This document shows positions 8,336 through 18,670 of a stretch of 64,000 nucleotides of DNA, piece by piece. The notes under the pieces were generated by a model. It worked only from the letters and a program-made list of their open reading frames with translations, did not search any database and was not told the origin of the DNA. Where the stretch lies: IMG/VR virus record IMGVR_UViG_3300030106_005394, positions 8,705 to 72,704 of that record, one strand, 5' to 3'. Numbering within the stretch: the stretch's first letter is position 1; each line of letters starts with the position of its first letter. This stretch comes from a virus. The translations under genes and the position numbers were made by a program.

Positions 8336-8602
8336 ATGGACAGCGATACTGCGGACTTGATACAAAAAACAGTAAACCCACTTTTATCCGAGTTTCTTGA
8401 CGGATTCATAATAGCAGGAGTTAAGGCTGGCACAGACAAGAAGGTGATATGCATTAAAATGCCACCTCCTCGTCCTGCTAGAGGGTATGAAGACCCAGAC
8501 TTCTATCACAATGACGAGCCTTACGTAAGAGCCGAGGATAACTTTTTGCCCCTATTATCATGTATAGAGGAGTGGGCTGAAATAAATATAGATTTAGAAT
8601 GA
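8336..8602 (+). CDS. Hypothetical protein
   Basis: First ORF of the rightward operon; ATGA overlap with the next gene. Confidence 0.65.
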   Translation: MDSDTADLIQKTVNPLLSEFLDGFIIAGVKAGTDKKVICIKMPPPRPARGYEDPDFYHNDEPYVRAEDNFLPLLSCIEEWAEINIDLE

Positions 8603-8955
8603 GCTGGAAATGGTTTGATAAGTACCCACCACCTCTCGTTAGGTGCTTGGCTAGACGTAAGCTATCAGGTAGCCACGTTGTTGCGATGTCTGATGAAGAG
8701 GTAGCCCTGCGGGCAGATATACCCTTACTAAGGATAAAGGAGATATCAACAAAGAATGATTGGAGTGACGTGCCTATAGATGAGGCGAGAAGTTTCTGCA
8801 GTGCATGCAACTTCGATATATTCAATTCTGCAGACAGGAACAGAGCAGGAGCCTACCTTCGAAAAGGCGCTAAGTTTCAGTATTTAAAAGTATCTCCACA
8901 CTGGAAGACAACATTCCTCCCATTGATACAAGCCATGAGAAGTAATGCCCAATAG
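8599..8955 (+). CDS. Hypothetical protein, possible HTH
   Basis: MSDEEVALRADIPLLRIKEIS resembles an HTH. Confidence 0.55.
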   Translation: MSWKWFDKYPPPLVRCLARRKLSGSHVVAMSDEEVALRADIPLLRIKEISTKNDWSDVPIDEARSFCSACNFDIFNSADRNRAGAYLRKGAKFQYLKVSPHWKTTFLPLIQAMRSNAQ

Positions 8956-9619
8956 GCAATCCATACCGATAGCAGAGCTATCAGAGGCTCTCCGCAGGAA
9001 CGAGGGAGATAGGGATGCTACAGCAAAGGAGCTAGGCATTACAAAGAACTATCTTAGTGTCAGAATCAACAAGACACCAGCCCTTAAAGCTCTTTGGTCT
9101 AACACCGAGCCTATTGACCCATCTAGTGCAGAAGCTGAAATTCGAAAGGCTCCACACAAGCCTACGGCTGATCCAATATCGGATAAGCGAAGTCTGGAGG
9201 TTTGGCAGAAGAACGGAAAAGATGTCTTCATGGAAGAAATCTCTTCTATGCTACATAACAAGGATAACATTGCGAAGCTGGACATATTTAAGGGCTTTGA
9301 GGGCAATGTTGGACTACATATGGCCAGAGCCTTGGAGATGACCCAGAATGTGAATATGCGTCAGAACGTAACACTTTTTGAGGTAGCAGAGAACCTGAGA
9401 GATCAAATACTGAGCGGAGCCTTAGATGAAGAGTCCGAGATTATGAAAACCAGACTTTATGTATCATGCTGCGAACAGCAGGGTAAGTTCTACGACAGGC
9501 TACTTAGGGGACTGGAGGCCATGCTCAAGATGACCGAGAAGGAGGCTGGCAAGAAAAAGAAGAAGGCTGGGTTCCAGCCACTGTCAGAATTACAAAAGGC
9601 TGAAGATGCAGAAGAATAA
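8945..9619 (+). CDS. Putative terminase small subunit (N-terminal Fis-like HTH)
   Basis: EALRRNEGDRDATAKELGIT HTH, helical body, position upstream of TerL. Confidence 0.5.
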   Translation: MPNRQSIPIAELSEALRRNEGDRDATAKELGITKNYLSVRINKTPALKALWSNTEPIDPSSAEAEIRKAPHKPTADPISDKRSLEVWQKNGKDVFMEEISSMLHNKDNIAKLDIFKGFEGNVGLHMARALEMTQNVNMRQNVTLFEVAENLRDQILSGALDEESEIMKTRLYVSCCEQQGKFYDRLLRGLEAMLKMTEKEAGKKKKKAGFQPLSELQKAEDAEE

Positions 9620-9797
9620 GCAGATACAGCAGTTCTTAACTCAGTCAGATATAATTAATGGATTCTGGGAGGAGTTTGAGGCTAAGCATGAAACCCAGAA
9701 AGAGGAGCACCCTTGGAAACTTAAATACTTTGTTGCTCTTGCATTCGCAGAGGGAGTAGCGATGGGTATGAAGAATGCCAAAGCAGAAGAAAATTGA
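9606..9797 (+). CDS. Hypothetical protein
   Basis: In-operon ORF. Confidence 0.5.
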   Translation: MQKNKQIQQFLTQSDIINGFWEEFEAKHETQKEEHPWKLKYFVALAFAEGVAMGMKNAKAEEN

Positions 9798-11313
9798 TAC
9801 AGCCGCAATTCTTAATCGCTTAGGCGACTTACAGGATGACGAGAAGAAGGAGACAGAGCCATGGCTCCCATCACTTTCTAAGACCCAAAGGGAGATATTT
9901 GACGACTCCTCAAGGTACATACTTGCTTATGGCGAGAGAGGTACTGGAAAGACTTATGTACTGGGTGGACACAAGCTCGTACGCCATTGCTATGAGAACT
10001 TTAATGCTCTAGCTCTTTGTGTAGTTGGCGTTAAGTCACAGGCCACCATGGGTGGGGTCTGGCATAAGCTTCAGACTGAGATACTGCCCCTGTGGGCAGA
10101 GGGCCTAGGTATAAACATTACCGAGGAAAGAAGGGACGAGCAAAAGAACTTATATGTTGATGTAGAGAATAGGTATGGTGGATACTCTAGGGTTGTAGTA
10201 ATATCTGTTCCATATGGAGCTTTTATACGAGATAGGATAAAAGGGTTTGAGCCATCTTATGTATTTATTGATGAGCTTACTAACTTGGATACCGATGATT
10301 ACTTTAATGCGGTAGTACAGCAGATAGGTAGACGTCCGGGTATTCGTGGGCCACAGCAATATACTGCCGCATGCAACCCTGACGGCCCATCACATTGGGT
10401 ATACAAGAGGTTCTTTGAGATACCTTATAATGACGAGGGGGAGTGGAATGACGATTATTCCGTGTACCACCTCAAGATAGAAGAGAATAAGGACAACCTA
10501 CCCAAGGGATACTACGATAATGTCATGGAGGCTGTGGCCGATGATCCTATCGAAGAGGCCCGAATGATTCGCGGTGAATGGATAGATAGACCGCTGGGAG
10601 ATGCTATATTTAGACCCTACTTCCTAGAAAACATACATATGAAGGGGGATGCCAAGCATGACATACTCCCTAACCCAAAGTACCCGATAATATGCGGATG
10701 GGATCCGGGTGCCGTAAATAACGCCATCATATTCCTTCAGTGCTTAGTTGGTTCAGACAAGACTATATGGTTATGTTTCGACGAGATGATATGGATAAAT
10801 GAGAAGATGCCTTACACTGCCATGATACCAAAGGTCATGAGACAGATGAGGTATTGGAATAATAAAATGGACACCAAGTTTACCTTTGAGCACATAAGTG
10901 ATAACTCGGCATTCAATCAGTTTAGGGCTAGGAGCGGAAGTTACGATGTGAGGGATATTCAGCAAATATCAGCCGAAAAGGCCGAATCCTTTGACATGGA
11001 GTCCATAAGAATGAAGGCCGCCCCAAAGTTTTCTGGTTCCGTCGAGGCTAGAGTTAGGCTTATGATCTCAAAACTACAGCAAGAGGAGTTTATGCTTTCA
11101 CATAGGTGCTCAAATATTAAGAAGATGTTTTATAGTCTTGTGGCCGAAAAGGGCAGGTCTGGCAAGTATGACCCATCATTGCCATTTAAGCCAAGAAGGA
11201 GTGTGTACATACATGGATTTGATGCCCTTACATATCCTATGCTTTATTATAACGCAGGCGCAATGATGCCTACCGAAAGAGCAGCATCTGAAATAATTGA
11301 AGTCGGTGCTTGA
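9775..11313 (+). CDS. terL: Terminase large subunit
   Basis: Walker A GERGTGKT, Walker B VFIDE, ACNP coupling motif, nuclease GWDPG and DALTY. Confidence 0.93.
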   Translation: MPKQKKIDTAAILNRLGDLQDDEKKETEPWLPSLSKTQREIFDDSSRYILAYGERGTGKTYVLGGHKLVRHCYENFNALALCVVGVKSQATMGGVWHKLQTEILPLWAEGLGINITEERRDEQKNLYVDVENRYGGYSRVVVISVPYGAFIRDRIKGFEPSYVFIDELTNLDTDDYFNAVVQQIGRRPGIRGPQQYTAACNPDGPSHWVYKRFFEIPYNDEGEWNDDYSVYHLKIEENKDNLPKGYYDNVMEAVADDPIEEARMIRGEWIDRPLGDAIFRPYFLENIHMKGDAKHDILPNPKYPIICGWDPGAVNNAIIFLQCLVGSDKTIWLCFDEMIWINEKMPYTAMIPKVMRQMRYWNNKMDTKFTFEHISDNSAFNQFRARSGSYDVRDIQQISAEKAESFDMESIRMKAAPKFSGSVEARVRLMISKLQQEEFMLSHRCSNIKKMFYSLVAEKGRSGKYDPSLPFKPRRSVYIHGFDALTYPMLYYNAGAMMPTERAASEIIEVGA

Positions 11314-11338
11314 CCCTACTTAAATTTAGTAACACAAT
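11310..11338 (+). promoter_or_regulatory. Sigma70-like promoter overlapping the terL stop
   Basis: TTGACC-N17-CACAAT. Confidence 0.5.
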
Positions 11339-11347
11339 TCTAAAACC

Positions 11348-11605
11348 ATGCAAAATCTAGACAGCGTACATATTGACATTGAGGATAACGAAGACGTGGC
11401 CGAGCTATTTGAGGGATGCAAGGCTGGCCATGTAGTAAGAATTACTATGGAGGCTACCATTACCGAGCGAACCGAGGATCGAGTTGCGGCAAGCGTTGAT
11501 GGCATTGAGCAGGTAGATAAAATTGGCGGGTACGATGAGGACGAAGAGGACGAGGATATGGAAGATGCCGAAGAGGATGAAGAAGGGGCCGACGAGGAGT
11601 ATTAA
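11348..11605 (+). CDS. Small acidic hypothetical protein
   Basis: D/E-rich C-terminus. Confidence 0.65.
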   Translation: MQNLDSVHIDIEDNEDVAELFEGCKAGHVVRITMEATITERTEDRVAASVDGIEQVDKIGGYDEDEEDEDMEDAEEDEEGADEEY

Positions 11606-11942
11606 TGGAGCCAGATCTTCCACGACGGCTTCAAGAATCATCGACGCGCATTATGAAGAAAAAAGCATTAGACGCTTGTGGAATCTTGGCAGAGCTGAAA
11701 GGCTTGCTAGGGCGCTCAACCTCACTCTTCCTGAGATTGCTAGCATTATTGCTTACCCGCATCCGGACTTTCTTAGGCAAATTGAAAAAGGGAAGTTAAA
11801 CGGACCAGCTTGCGTACTACTTACACTTATAGAGCACGCATACCTAAACGACCTAGTACACGATACAGTAGACTTATTTAACTTCCATGGTAGACCTGAA
11901 GATATTAAAGGAGATGGGGTGCACATCGGCGCGCCTGCGTGA
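11565..11942 (+). CDS. HTH-containing protein
   Basis: LARALNLTLPEIASIIAY...QIEKG...GPACVLL, XRE-like HTH. Confidence 0.55.
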   Translation: MPKRMKKGPTRSINGARSSTTASRIIDAHYEEKSIRRLWNLGRAERLARALNLTLPEIASIIAYPHPDFLRQIEKGKLNGPACVLLTLIEHAYLNDLVHDTVDLFNFHGRPEDIKGDGVHIGAPA

Positions 11943-14145
11943 GATTTTCACATCAGAAGAAGGCGGTGAAGATCATAAGATAAAGGAGAGGCTCACCGAA
12001 AAGATAGAGTCTAGAATACATGATGGAGTCATGTTTAGCTCTAGGCACGCGAATTTATATATGTCCGTTGACCTTGCTTGGGATAGTCTGCCAATTAATA
12101 AGGCAACTATACCTTTGCTTCAATATGCTCAGGGCAAAATAGACATAGAGTCATGCCATAGGGACTTAGAGGGACTTGATTGTGCTGACCAGTTCTGTGA
12201 GTACGACGAGGAGAATGCTCTGAAGTCAATTAACATAATGAGACTGTACGAGGTTTCTGTTAATTTAATTAGGTCTTACGTAACACGAAGAGTTGCCGCT
12301 CAGGTATCAAGATTTAACAATCTATTTCCTTTCTTTAAGTACGAGCCGAGAGGCACAGGTACCATAGATAAGGTCAGAGGGGATGTTTTGTCTCAAAGAA
12401 TAGAGATTATGGCAGACCAGTTTGGTTACCGACATCACTTCTCTCAGGCCATACGTGACATGTTCCTGTATGGGAAAACAGTAAACTTTCCGACCCAAGG
12501 GTGGACTAGGGATGTCTCTTGGAGGAATGTATCAGACCCAGTTACTGGGGAGACCGAAAAAGAATCCTATGTTGAGCGTGAGGGCGTAGCATTTGTTAAG
12601 CCCCACCCAACTAGGGTTTTCTGGGATCAGTCCAGTCCATTGCCTCAGATTAACGACAATATTGGCCCTGACTGGATCGGGTACTGGGATATCGTTAAGT
12701 ATTCAGATATGCACAAGAACCCTGCATATTGGAATACCGATAAGATCGAATTTAACAATAGTCTTATCGGCGTGTATGACCAGAACAAGCAGTTCTTTAA
12801 GTATTACTTCGACTCAAGTAGCCTTACGTTTCCTCGCACCAAAGATAACTTTTCCTTCCAGAATGAGCGCACAGCCAATATAGGGATATACTCTGCTGAA
12901 GAGCAGGACAAGGGAATGTTCCTAACTAATCTATTTATGAAGGTAAATCCCAAAGCCGAGGGCATTGGTGATTATCCTTTTGATGTATGGATGAAGCTTG
13001 TTGTGGCATCGGACTCGACAGTTCTTTATGCGGAATTCCTTCCATCTATTCCTGCAATATATGGAGGAATTAACGAGAATGACGACAGGTTGGCAAATAT
13101 CTCAATAGCCCATGAGATTATGCCTTTTCAGGATCAGATGAATAACATTATGACATCAATGCTTCACCTCATGAAGGTCGGCATGATGAAAATAATTGCA
13201 ATTGATCAAGATGCTATAGACCCAGAAATTAGAGAGTACATAAAAGATGCACTTGCCGAGGACACGTTCTACGCCAAACCAAAAGCTATATTTTATTCAG
13301 GAACTAAAGCAGCGGACCTTGGAATTAACGCAAATAACTTTGTTAATGTCGTTGATGTTCATACTGAGCTTGCGGGCAGTATCAATCAAAGCATTCAAGG
13401 TATTTTGCAGTTACTTAACTTGGTTGAGAGACTGCTTATCCTGTCTCCGCAGGAGCTAGGGCAACCATCACCTCGTGAGATCTCGGCAACAGAAGTAACC
13501 GAGATAGCCAATACCACGAATGCCTTATATACATTTATATCAGACGGAATTGATGACCTCCGATCTGCTGCAAAAAAGATGCTTTACGAGCACCTTGTTG
13601 GATGCTCAACAGAGCCATTTAATGTTCCAGTTAAGGGTAGATATACTGTAAAGGCTATTCAGAATGCAGGATTTGAGGCAGAGGATACTGGGGATTTGCC
13701 AGAAATTCCTCGCCGAAGAAATGTAGTCGGGCTACCCATGGATTTACAGCACGAATATATGTTTTCTTCTAGGGATGGAGCCGAGAGAGCTAGGGATGTT
13801 CAGTCTGCTCAGGTGCTGGGTCAGTTGCTACAGCAGTTACTACAGGTTCCAGAGTTAGCTCAGTCGGTTGGTAAGGAAAGAATTTTTGATATGCTAAATG
13901 AGGTCTTTAGAATGAGCGGGGCAGGATACGATCTGCTTCTAGAGACAGACGAGATGGAGGATCTGCAATTGACTCAAAGTATGCAACAGGAGCAGTTCTT
14001 GCAGCAACTTCAAGAGCAGATGCCTCAATTAATGCAGGCATTACAGAATCTCAATGAACGTGTTGGCGGGATTGAGCAAATGGCTGGGGTTGAGCCTCCT
14101 GCAGAAGGCGGTGCACCCCAACAGGAGCAACCTCCCCCACAGTAA
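11887..14145 (+). CDS. Portal protein (head-tail connector)
   Basis: Size and position after TerL; REISATEV motif reminiscent of the podoviral portal TATE motif; Q-rich tail. Confidence 0.8.
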   Translation: MVDLKILKEMGCTSARLREIFTSEEGGEDHKIKERLTEKIESRIHDGVMFSSRHANLYMSVDLAWDSLPINKATIPLLQYAQGKIDIESCHRDLEGLDCADQFCEYDEENALKSINIMRLYEVSVNLIRSYVTRRVAAQVSRFNNLFPFFKYEPRGTGTIDKVRGDVLSQRIEIMADQFGYRHHFSQAIRDMFLYGKTVNFPTQGWTRDVSWRNVSDPVTGETEKESYVEREGVAFVKPHPTRVFWDQSSPLPQINDNIGPDWIGYWDIVKYSDMHKNPAYWNTDKIEFNNSLIGVYDQNKQFFKYYFDSSSLTFPRTKDNFSFQNERTANIGIYSAEEQDKGMFLTNLFMKVNPKAEGIGDYPFDVWMKLVVASDSTVLYAEFLPSIPAIYGGINENDDRLANISIAHEIMPFQDQMNNIMTSMLHLMKVGMMKIIAIDQDAIDPEIREYIKDALAEDTFYAKPKAIFYSGTKAADLGINANNFVNVVDVHTELAGSINQSIQGILQLLNLVERLLILSPQELGQPSPREISATEVTEIANTTNALYTFISDGIDDLRSAAKKMLYEHLVGCSTEPFNVPVKGRYTVKAIQNAGFEAEDTGDLPEIPRRRNVVGLPMDLQHEYMFSSRDGAERARDVQSAQVLGQLLQQLLQVPELAQSVGKERIFDMLNEVFRMSGAGYDLLLETDEMEDLQLTQSMQQEQFLQQLQEQMPQLMQALQNLNERVGGIEQMAGVEPPAEGGAPQQEQPPPQ

Positions 14146-14162
14146 CATAAACAAAAAGAACT

Positions 14163-15458
14163 ATGGACGAGACACAAGTTACGGAGGACCCTAACCTGCA
14201 AGAGGAGGTACAAACGGGTGAAGAGGAAACAGAGGACGGAGGTCTGGTAGGTGCTACCCTATTCGACTCGCTTTATGCCGCCGCCGAGGGCGAAGAGGCT
14301 GAGGTAAGTGATGGGGGGCAAGCTGTAACAGACAGCTTATCGGGCGAAGCTCAGCAGCAACCTCAGGCCGAAGAAGAGCCACAGGCAGAAGCTGAACCCA
14401 AGAAAAAGGTTAAGCGGATACACAAGAAGGAGGTCATTGATCCCGATCTTCCAGAAGAAGAGTCTAGTGAGGGCCATGAGCCAGTATCTGAATCCGATGA
14501 CGACGAGGAGTTTTTACTTCCAGAGGAGAGGGAGCAACTTAAGGTAGTTAAGCACATCTCTAATAAGAATAATACAAATCAAGATAAGGAGCTTAAGGAG
14601 TATTTTAGGAAGCAGAAGGAATACATCGAAAAGCGACTGGAGGAGAATCCAGACTTAAACCTTAGCGATGACCACGACTTTGAGCAATTTGTAGCAAGAA
14701 ACCGACCTCAGTTAGATATGGCCGAGGTGCGTGCTGCAGAAAGGGAAATGTTGCTGGACGAGGCAGAAGAGAGGGCATTAAAACGCCTCAGGCCAGAAGT
14801 CGAAAAGACTAATATTGAAACTAGACGCTTGCAAATCAAGCCCAAGGTCGAAGAGGAGAAGCAAAAGGCAGAACAGAAGGCTATGTCTATGGTTCCAGAG
14901 TTTCTTGCAGATGACCTAAAGAATAGAAGTCCAGAGGATGTCCAGAAGGATAACCCTTATGAATTTAATATTGTAAATACTGCGGTAACAAACGCCTCAA
15001 GATTTGCATCTACCTTTCTTGATATATCAAAAGGCATGGTAGATTATGACCCACACAATCCAGAGCATGACCAGTTGAGGGATTGGCTGGTTAAGGAGCA
15101 GGATGCCTTCATTAATGGTGGTCAAACGAAGGATCAACAAGGAAGGCCATTCATGCGAAGGGAAAGATATCTGAGGCTTTCTTCTGCGGATCAGCAGAAA
15201 TATTGGACTTGGACTGACGACCAGTGCGTAGATATTATGTACGCAAGGGCAAAGACCACAATGGAATCCGAGCTAGAGCAGCACAATAAGGCAATGCAAG
15301 CCTACTTAAGTAGGAATGGCCAGCAGCGACCTCAGGCCGCTCCAGCACAGGCTGCACCAACTCCACCAGCACCTAAGCCCACTCCTAGAGCTGGAGGAAC
15401 TCCTCAGGCTCAAACCCAAGACCAAGTGCCCTCTCCATTATCAGTGTTAGGTATGTAG
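14163..15458 (+). CDS. Putative capsid scaffolding protein
   Basis: Acidic and coiled-coil with a Pro/Ala-rich C-terminus; lies between portal and capsid. Confidence 0.65.
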   Translation: MDETQVTEDPNLQEEVQTGEEETEDGGLVGATLFDSLYAAAEGEEAEVSDGGQAVTDSLSGEAQQQPQAEEEPQAEAEPKKKVKRIHKKEVIDPDLPEEESSEGHEPVSESDDDEEFLLPEEREQLKVVKHISNKNNTNQDKELKEYFRKQKEYIEKRLEENPDLNLSDDHDFEQFVARNRPQLDMAEVRAAEREMLLDEAEERALKRLRPEVEKTNIETRRLQIKPKVEEEKQKAEQKAMSMVPEFLADDLKNRSPEDVQKDNPYEFNIVNTAVTNASRFASTFLDISKGMVDYDPHNPEHDQLRDWLVKEQDAFINGGQTKDQQGRPFMRRERYLRLSSADQQKYWTWTDDQCVDIMYARAKTTMESELEQHNKAMQAYLSRNGQQRPQAAPAQAAPTPPAPKPTPRAGGTPQAQTQDQVPSPLSVLGM

Positions 15459-15493
15459 TTCTTAGTATTTAAAACCCAGTTTTGAGGTTTCAG

Positions 15494-15528
15494 CCCCAAG
15501 CCTGTTTTATCGGGTTTGGGGTTTTTTT
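15494..15528 (+). terminator. Rho-independent terminator between scaffold and capsid genes
   Basis: CCCCAAGCCTG-TTTTAT-CGGGTTTGGGG followed by T7. Confidence 0.75.
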
Positions 15529-15614
15529 GCACTTTTTTCACTTTTTTCTAGGGGTTAGCACATAACATCGGTTATGTTCCTGACGTTTTAAACCATTCAA
15601 CCCACATATATAAA

Positions 15615-17621
15615 ATGGCACTAACAGACATCACGGGCGCACAAACAAGCGCCAACACCACAGACGGTGGTCTGGTAAAAGGTGGCAGTTTACCTCGCAT
15701 TGTGAAGGTGGACTCCAGTACCGGATGCACCTTAACGCGAGCACAGGTCAAGGGCTTAACCCCTAATGACTTTGCGGCATTAGCCAATAAGGAGACCGAT
15801 CTCGCACGAGTAATCGCAAATGCAGCCGAAGCTAAGGCTCTCGGCGTTGAGGAACGTGGGCTTACTACTTTGCTTACTTCCTCAGTAACCAATATTAAGC
15901 CTCTGATTAATAAGGTCAATGTAGCCGAGCAGTCACTTATACTGCCTTACATTCAGCGCCGTCAGAAGAGCGTAATCAATGCCAACTACTTCATTGTTAC
16001 TGGCGGCGGCTATGCTTCATCTGAAACGCTATCGACCTATAAGGCAATGTCCGCCCCCAGCTCAACTGGTCAAGGCGAGCATGGTCAAGCTGCAAGTTCA
16101 CTCCGTAATGGAGATTGGCGAGTAGACGTTAGCTTGGGTAACTCCGACTGGAAATCCCCAATCACTAACATCGAACGCTATTTCCTTCCGGGTTCTTATG
16201 TAGTAATCTCAGGCTGGCGCACAGACGCTGAAGGAACAACCACTGGTGGTTCTGACGCTTTCGACTCACAGTTTGAAGTTATTGGCGCAAAACAAAAATC
16301 TGGCACAACTGACGAAGCTCAATTGCTTTTACGTCCAGTTGGTCGTGACGTTGACCATGATGGCTCCACCTTTAGTGGATCTACTCACAACCTATCACAC
16401 TACCAGCCAGAGTTTGGCGTACTGCAGACTGTTGCAAATAACGTAAACGACTACGAGGCATGGTGCTACAACCAGCCAACCGACCTGTCGATGCGTCTTA
16501 TTGTCAACTGGTTGCAAACCACACGTGAGTCCCGCATTGTAAACCAAGAGTACAAGGAAACCCTAGCCAAGATTATGGATGGCAAGGTTAATCCTTTCCT
16601 TAATAGTATGGTCTACAATCCTCTTGCAGAGCAGAACCGCATTGCGGCTCAAGTCTCACAAGATCAGTGGACACGTGCAACTTGGTACAATCAGCCTATC
16701 AGCTCTGAGCAGACCCCAGAAGGTTATATGAACCTGCCTGCGGTTACTGACCCAGAGGATAGCTCCTGTACTCTTGAGTATAAGGCTCAGGCATTGGGTA
16801 TTAAAACCCTTCTGTATGAGGGCAACAGAATCAAAGATAATCTCGGTAATCCTCTCAACTTGGATTCCGTGTTTGGCGATCTGTACTACCTCAAGCGCAA
16901 TCGTGAGCAGGATGGTGATCGCGTAAGCGTCATCGACTGTATGACAGACCGCATTACGGCAAACCTCATCTTTGAGGCCATGAACAACTACTACAAAACT
17001 AAGTATAGTTGGGACGTTACCCGTAATGTTGATATTAACCAGAAAATTACTCATGACGGCATCGTTCTGTTTAATTACAATCTGTATGATATCCCTGAGG
17101 TCGGCGTTCAGTTAGCTGTATTCCATGACCCATTCTTCGATGACCTCGTCAACGTAACGAGTGGATACAATGGAACTGGCTATGACAGTGACCGCCCAGA
17201 AAGCCGCTCACGTGCGTTATGGTTCCTTGATTGGTCCGATATTAAGATCGGTGTCGCTGGAACCAATTCAGTTACTCGCAAGAGCCCTAACCCTGATATT
17301 GATCGCTTATACCGCTGTCGTATGGATTCGGTTGAGCGCGAATACAGCCTACGTTCAACGAAATGGACAACTATGGTAGATCGCCCTCACCGTCACCTCA
17401 TCATCGAAAACTTCGCTGAGGATATCCGTGTGACCGCTAAAGGTCCTAACCAATACAGCGCCATGACTGGAACTACCGATAGCACTACTGCTGGTATCTA
17501 TAGTTCCGCTGGTAGCCTTACCTACACAGCTCCTGTTCTGGACAGCTTCTCTGCTGACTCCACAGATGCTGATGAAGGTGGTACCGCTCAAGGTGGTGGA
17601 TCACAGGATACGACCGCATAA
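15615..17621 (+). CDS. Major capsid protein (large, probably with an insertion domain)
   Basis: Position after the scaffold, own leader region, strong downstream hairpin, codon bias toward CGT/CGC; no diagnostic motif verified. Confidence 0.7.
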   Translation: MALTDITGAQTSANTTDGGLVKGGSLPRIVKVDSSTGCTLTRAQVKGLTPNDFAALANKETDLARVIANAAEAKALGVEERGLTTLLTSSVTNIKPLINKVNVAEQSLILPYIQRRQKSVINANYFIVTGGGYASSETLSTYKAMSAPSSTGQGEHGQAASSLRNGDWRVDVSLGNSDWKSPITNIERYFLPGSYVVISGWRTDAEGTTTGGSDAFDSQFEVIGAKQKSGTTDEAQLLLRPVGRDVDHDGSTFSGSTHNLSHYQPEFGVLQTVANNVNDYEAWCYNQPTDLSMRLIVNWLQTTRESRIVNQEYKETLAKIMDGKVNPFLNSMVYNPLAEQNRIAAQVSQDQWTRATWYNQPISSEQTPEGYMNLPAVTDPEDSSCTLEYKAQALGIKTLLYEGNRIKDNLGNPLNLDSVFGDLYYLKRNREQDGDRVSVIDCMTDRITANLIFEAMNNYYKTKYSWDVTRNVDINQKITHDGIVLFNYNLYDIPEVGVQLAVFHDPFFDDLVNVTSGYNGTGYDSDRPESRSRALWFLDWSDIKIGVAGTNSVTRKSPNPDIDRLYRCRMDSVEREYSLRSTKWTTMVDRPHRHLIIENFAEDIRVTAKGPNQYSAMTGTTDSTTAGIYSSAGSLTYTAPVLDSFSADSTDADEGGTAQGGGSQDTTA

Positions 17622-17644
17622 TAATTCATCCCGTAACATAGTCC

Positions 17645-17685
17645 GCCTGCTGGAGGGGTTCTTCGGAGCCCCGCCAGCGGGTCTT
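17645..17685 (+). terminator. Stable C(UUCG)G hairpin after the capsid gene (weak terminator or stability element)
   Basis: GCCTGCTGGAGGGGTTC-TTCG-GAGCCCCGCCAGCGGGT; poor U-tract. Confidence 0.65.
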
Positions 17686-17701
17686 GGGCTAAGATTATGT
17701 T

Positions 17702-18007
17702 ATGCCTTATTTATATACGGAACGAGCAAATGCGAACTTCGGGATTAAAGGCCTGAAGTTTGAGTCGCATCTACAGGGGAGGACTTGGATTGGTTTTGCA
17801 AAGGCAAATCAAGCAGTCGCAGATCAAGCTAAGAACTATCCCCAGATCAAAGAGATAACCGAAGAAGAGTACGAGAGATTAAAAAAAAACGCAAAGCTTC
17901 GGTCTCCGGAATTCGTAACATCAATGGTGGATCCAAGCAAACCAATACATGCTCAGTCTGTGGTGGCTGAACAACAGACGGCAGAGGAGCTGTTGATGGT
18001 AGAATGA
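17702..18007 (+). CDS. Hypothetical protein
   Basis: In-operon ORF. Confidence 0.65.
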   Translation: MPYLYTERANANFGIKGLKFESHLQGRTWIGFAKANQAVADQAKNYPQIKEITEEEYERLKKNAKLRSPEFVTSMVDPSKPIHAQSVVAEQQTAEELLMVE

Positions 18008-18228
18008 ATGATACAGCAGTGTTAGGCGTACAAATATTGACAGGAGTTTTAGTTGGAGCACTTGGCTTTACTATTAAGCTTGGATTTGAGGCCATACAGA
18101 AAAACGAAGATAGGATTAACGAATTAGAGAAGGATGTGTCTGGTTTAAGGGAAAGGAGTAAGAGTATTTTCCAGAGGCTAGACAGCATTGAACAGAAGTT
18201 GGACAAACTACTAGATAGGGAGGTATGA
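18004..18228 (+). CDS. Membrane-anchored coiled-coil protein (holin-like candidate)
   Basis: One TM helix followed by the coiled coil IFQRLDSIEQKLDKLL. Confidence 0.55.
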   Translation: MNDTAVLGVQILTGVLVGALGFTIKLGFEAIQKNEDRINELEKDVSGLRERSKSIFQRLDSIEQKLDKLLDREV

Positions 18229-18229
18229 T

Positions 18230-18670
18230 ATGTTATCGGGACCGATACTTAACACAATGATTGGCGCTGGCATTAAGTTGGGCGCTAATGTTGTAAATGG
18301 ATGGCTCGCCGCAAGGGAAGAGCAGCAGCGAATAATAGCCGCACGGGACAAGCAGATGTTTGATGCGGCAGTGCAACAGCAAAAGGACAACGCTAAAGAT
18401 CCATTCGTAAAAGTCACAAGGCGCATGCTATTCATGAGCCTAACAATGACATATTGCTTTCTATTAATATACTACGCAATGAACCCGAACATTGAGTATG
18501 ACGTCATCATGCCCAAGACAGGAGCAGACGGCGGCATATTCTCATTCATATTTGGCCCAGCCAAGGAATTCCATGTAGTCAAACTAACTGGAGGCTTGCT
18601 CCTTATGTCATTTATTGATTTGATGTTTATGGTAGTAGGGTTCTACGCAATACCTTCAAAAAAACGATGA
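18230..18670 (+). CDS. Membrane protein, holin candidate
   Basis: N-terminal amphipathic helix, DPFVKVTRR, two TM segments, basic C-terminus. Confidence 0.55.
   Translation: MLSGPILNTMIGAGIKLGANVVNGWLAAREEQQRIIAARDKQMFDAAVQQQKDNAKDPFVKVTRRMLFMSLTMTYCFLLIYYAMNPNIEYDVIMPKTGADGGIFSFIFGPAKEFHVVKLTGGLLLMSFIDLMFMVVGFYAIPSKKR

Noticed and set aside
17879-17970. A9 run (A AAA AAC) as a programmed -1 frameshift site
   Set aside because: No convincing downstream stimulatory structure, the -1 frame ends after about 27 codons, and the zero frame already couples to the next gene
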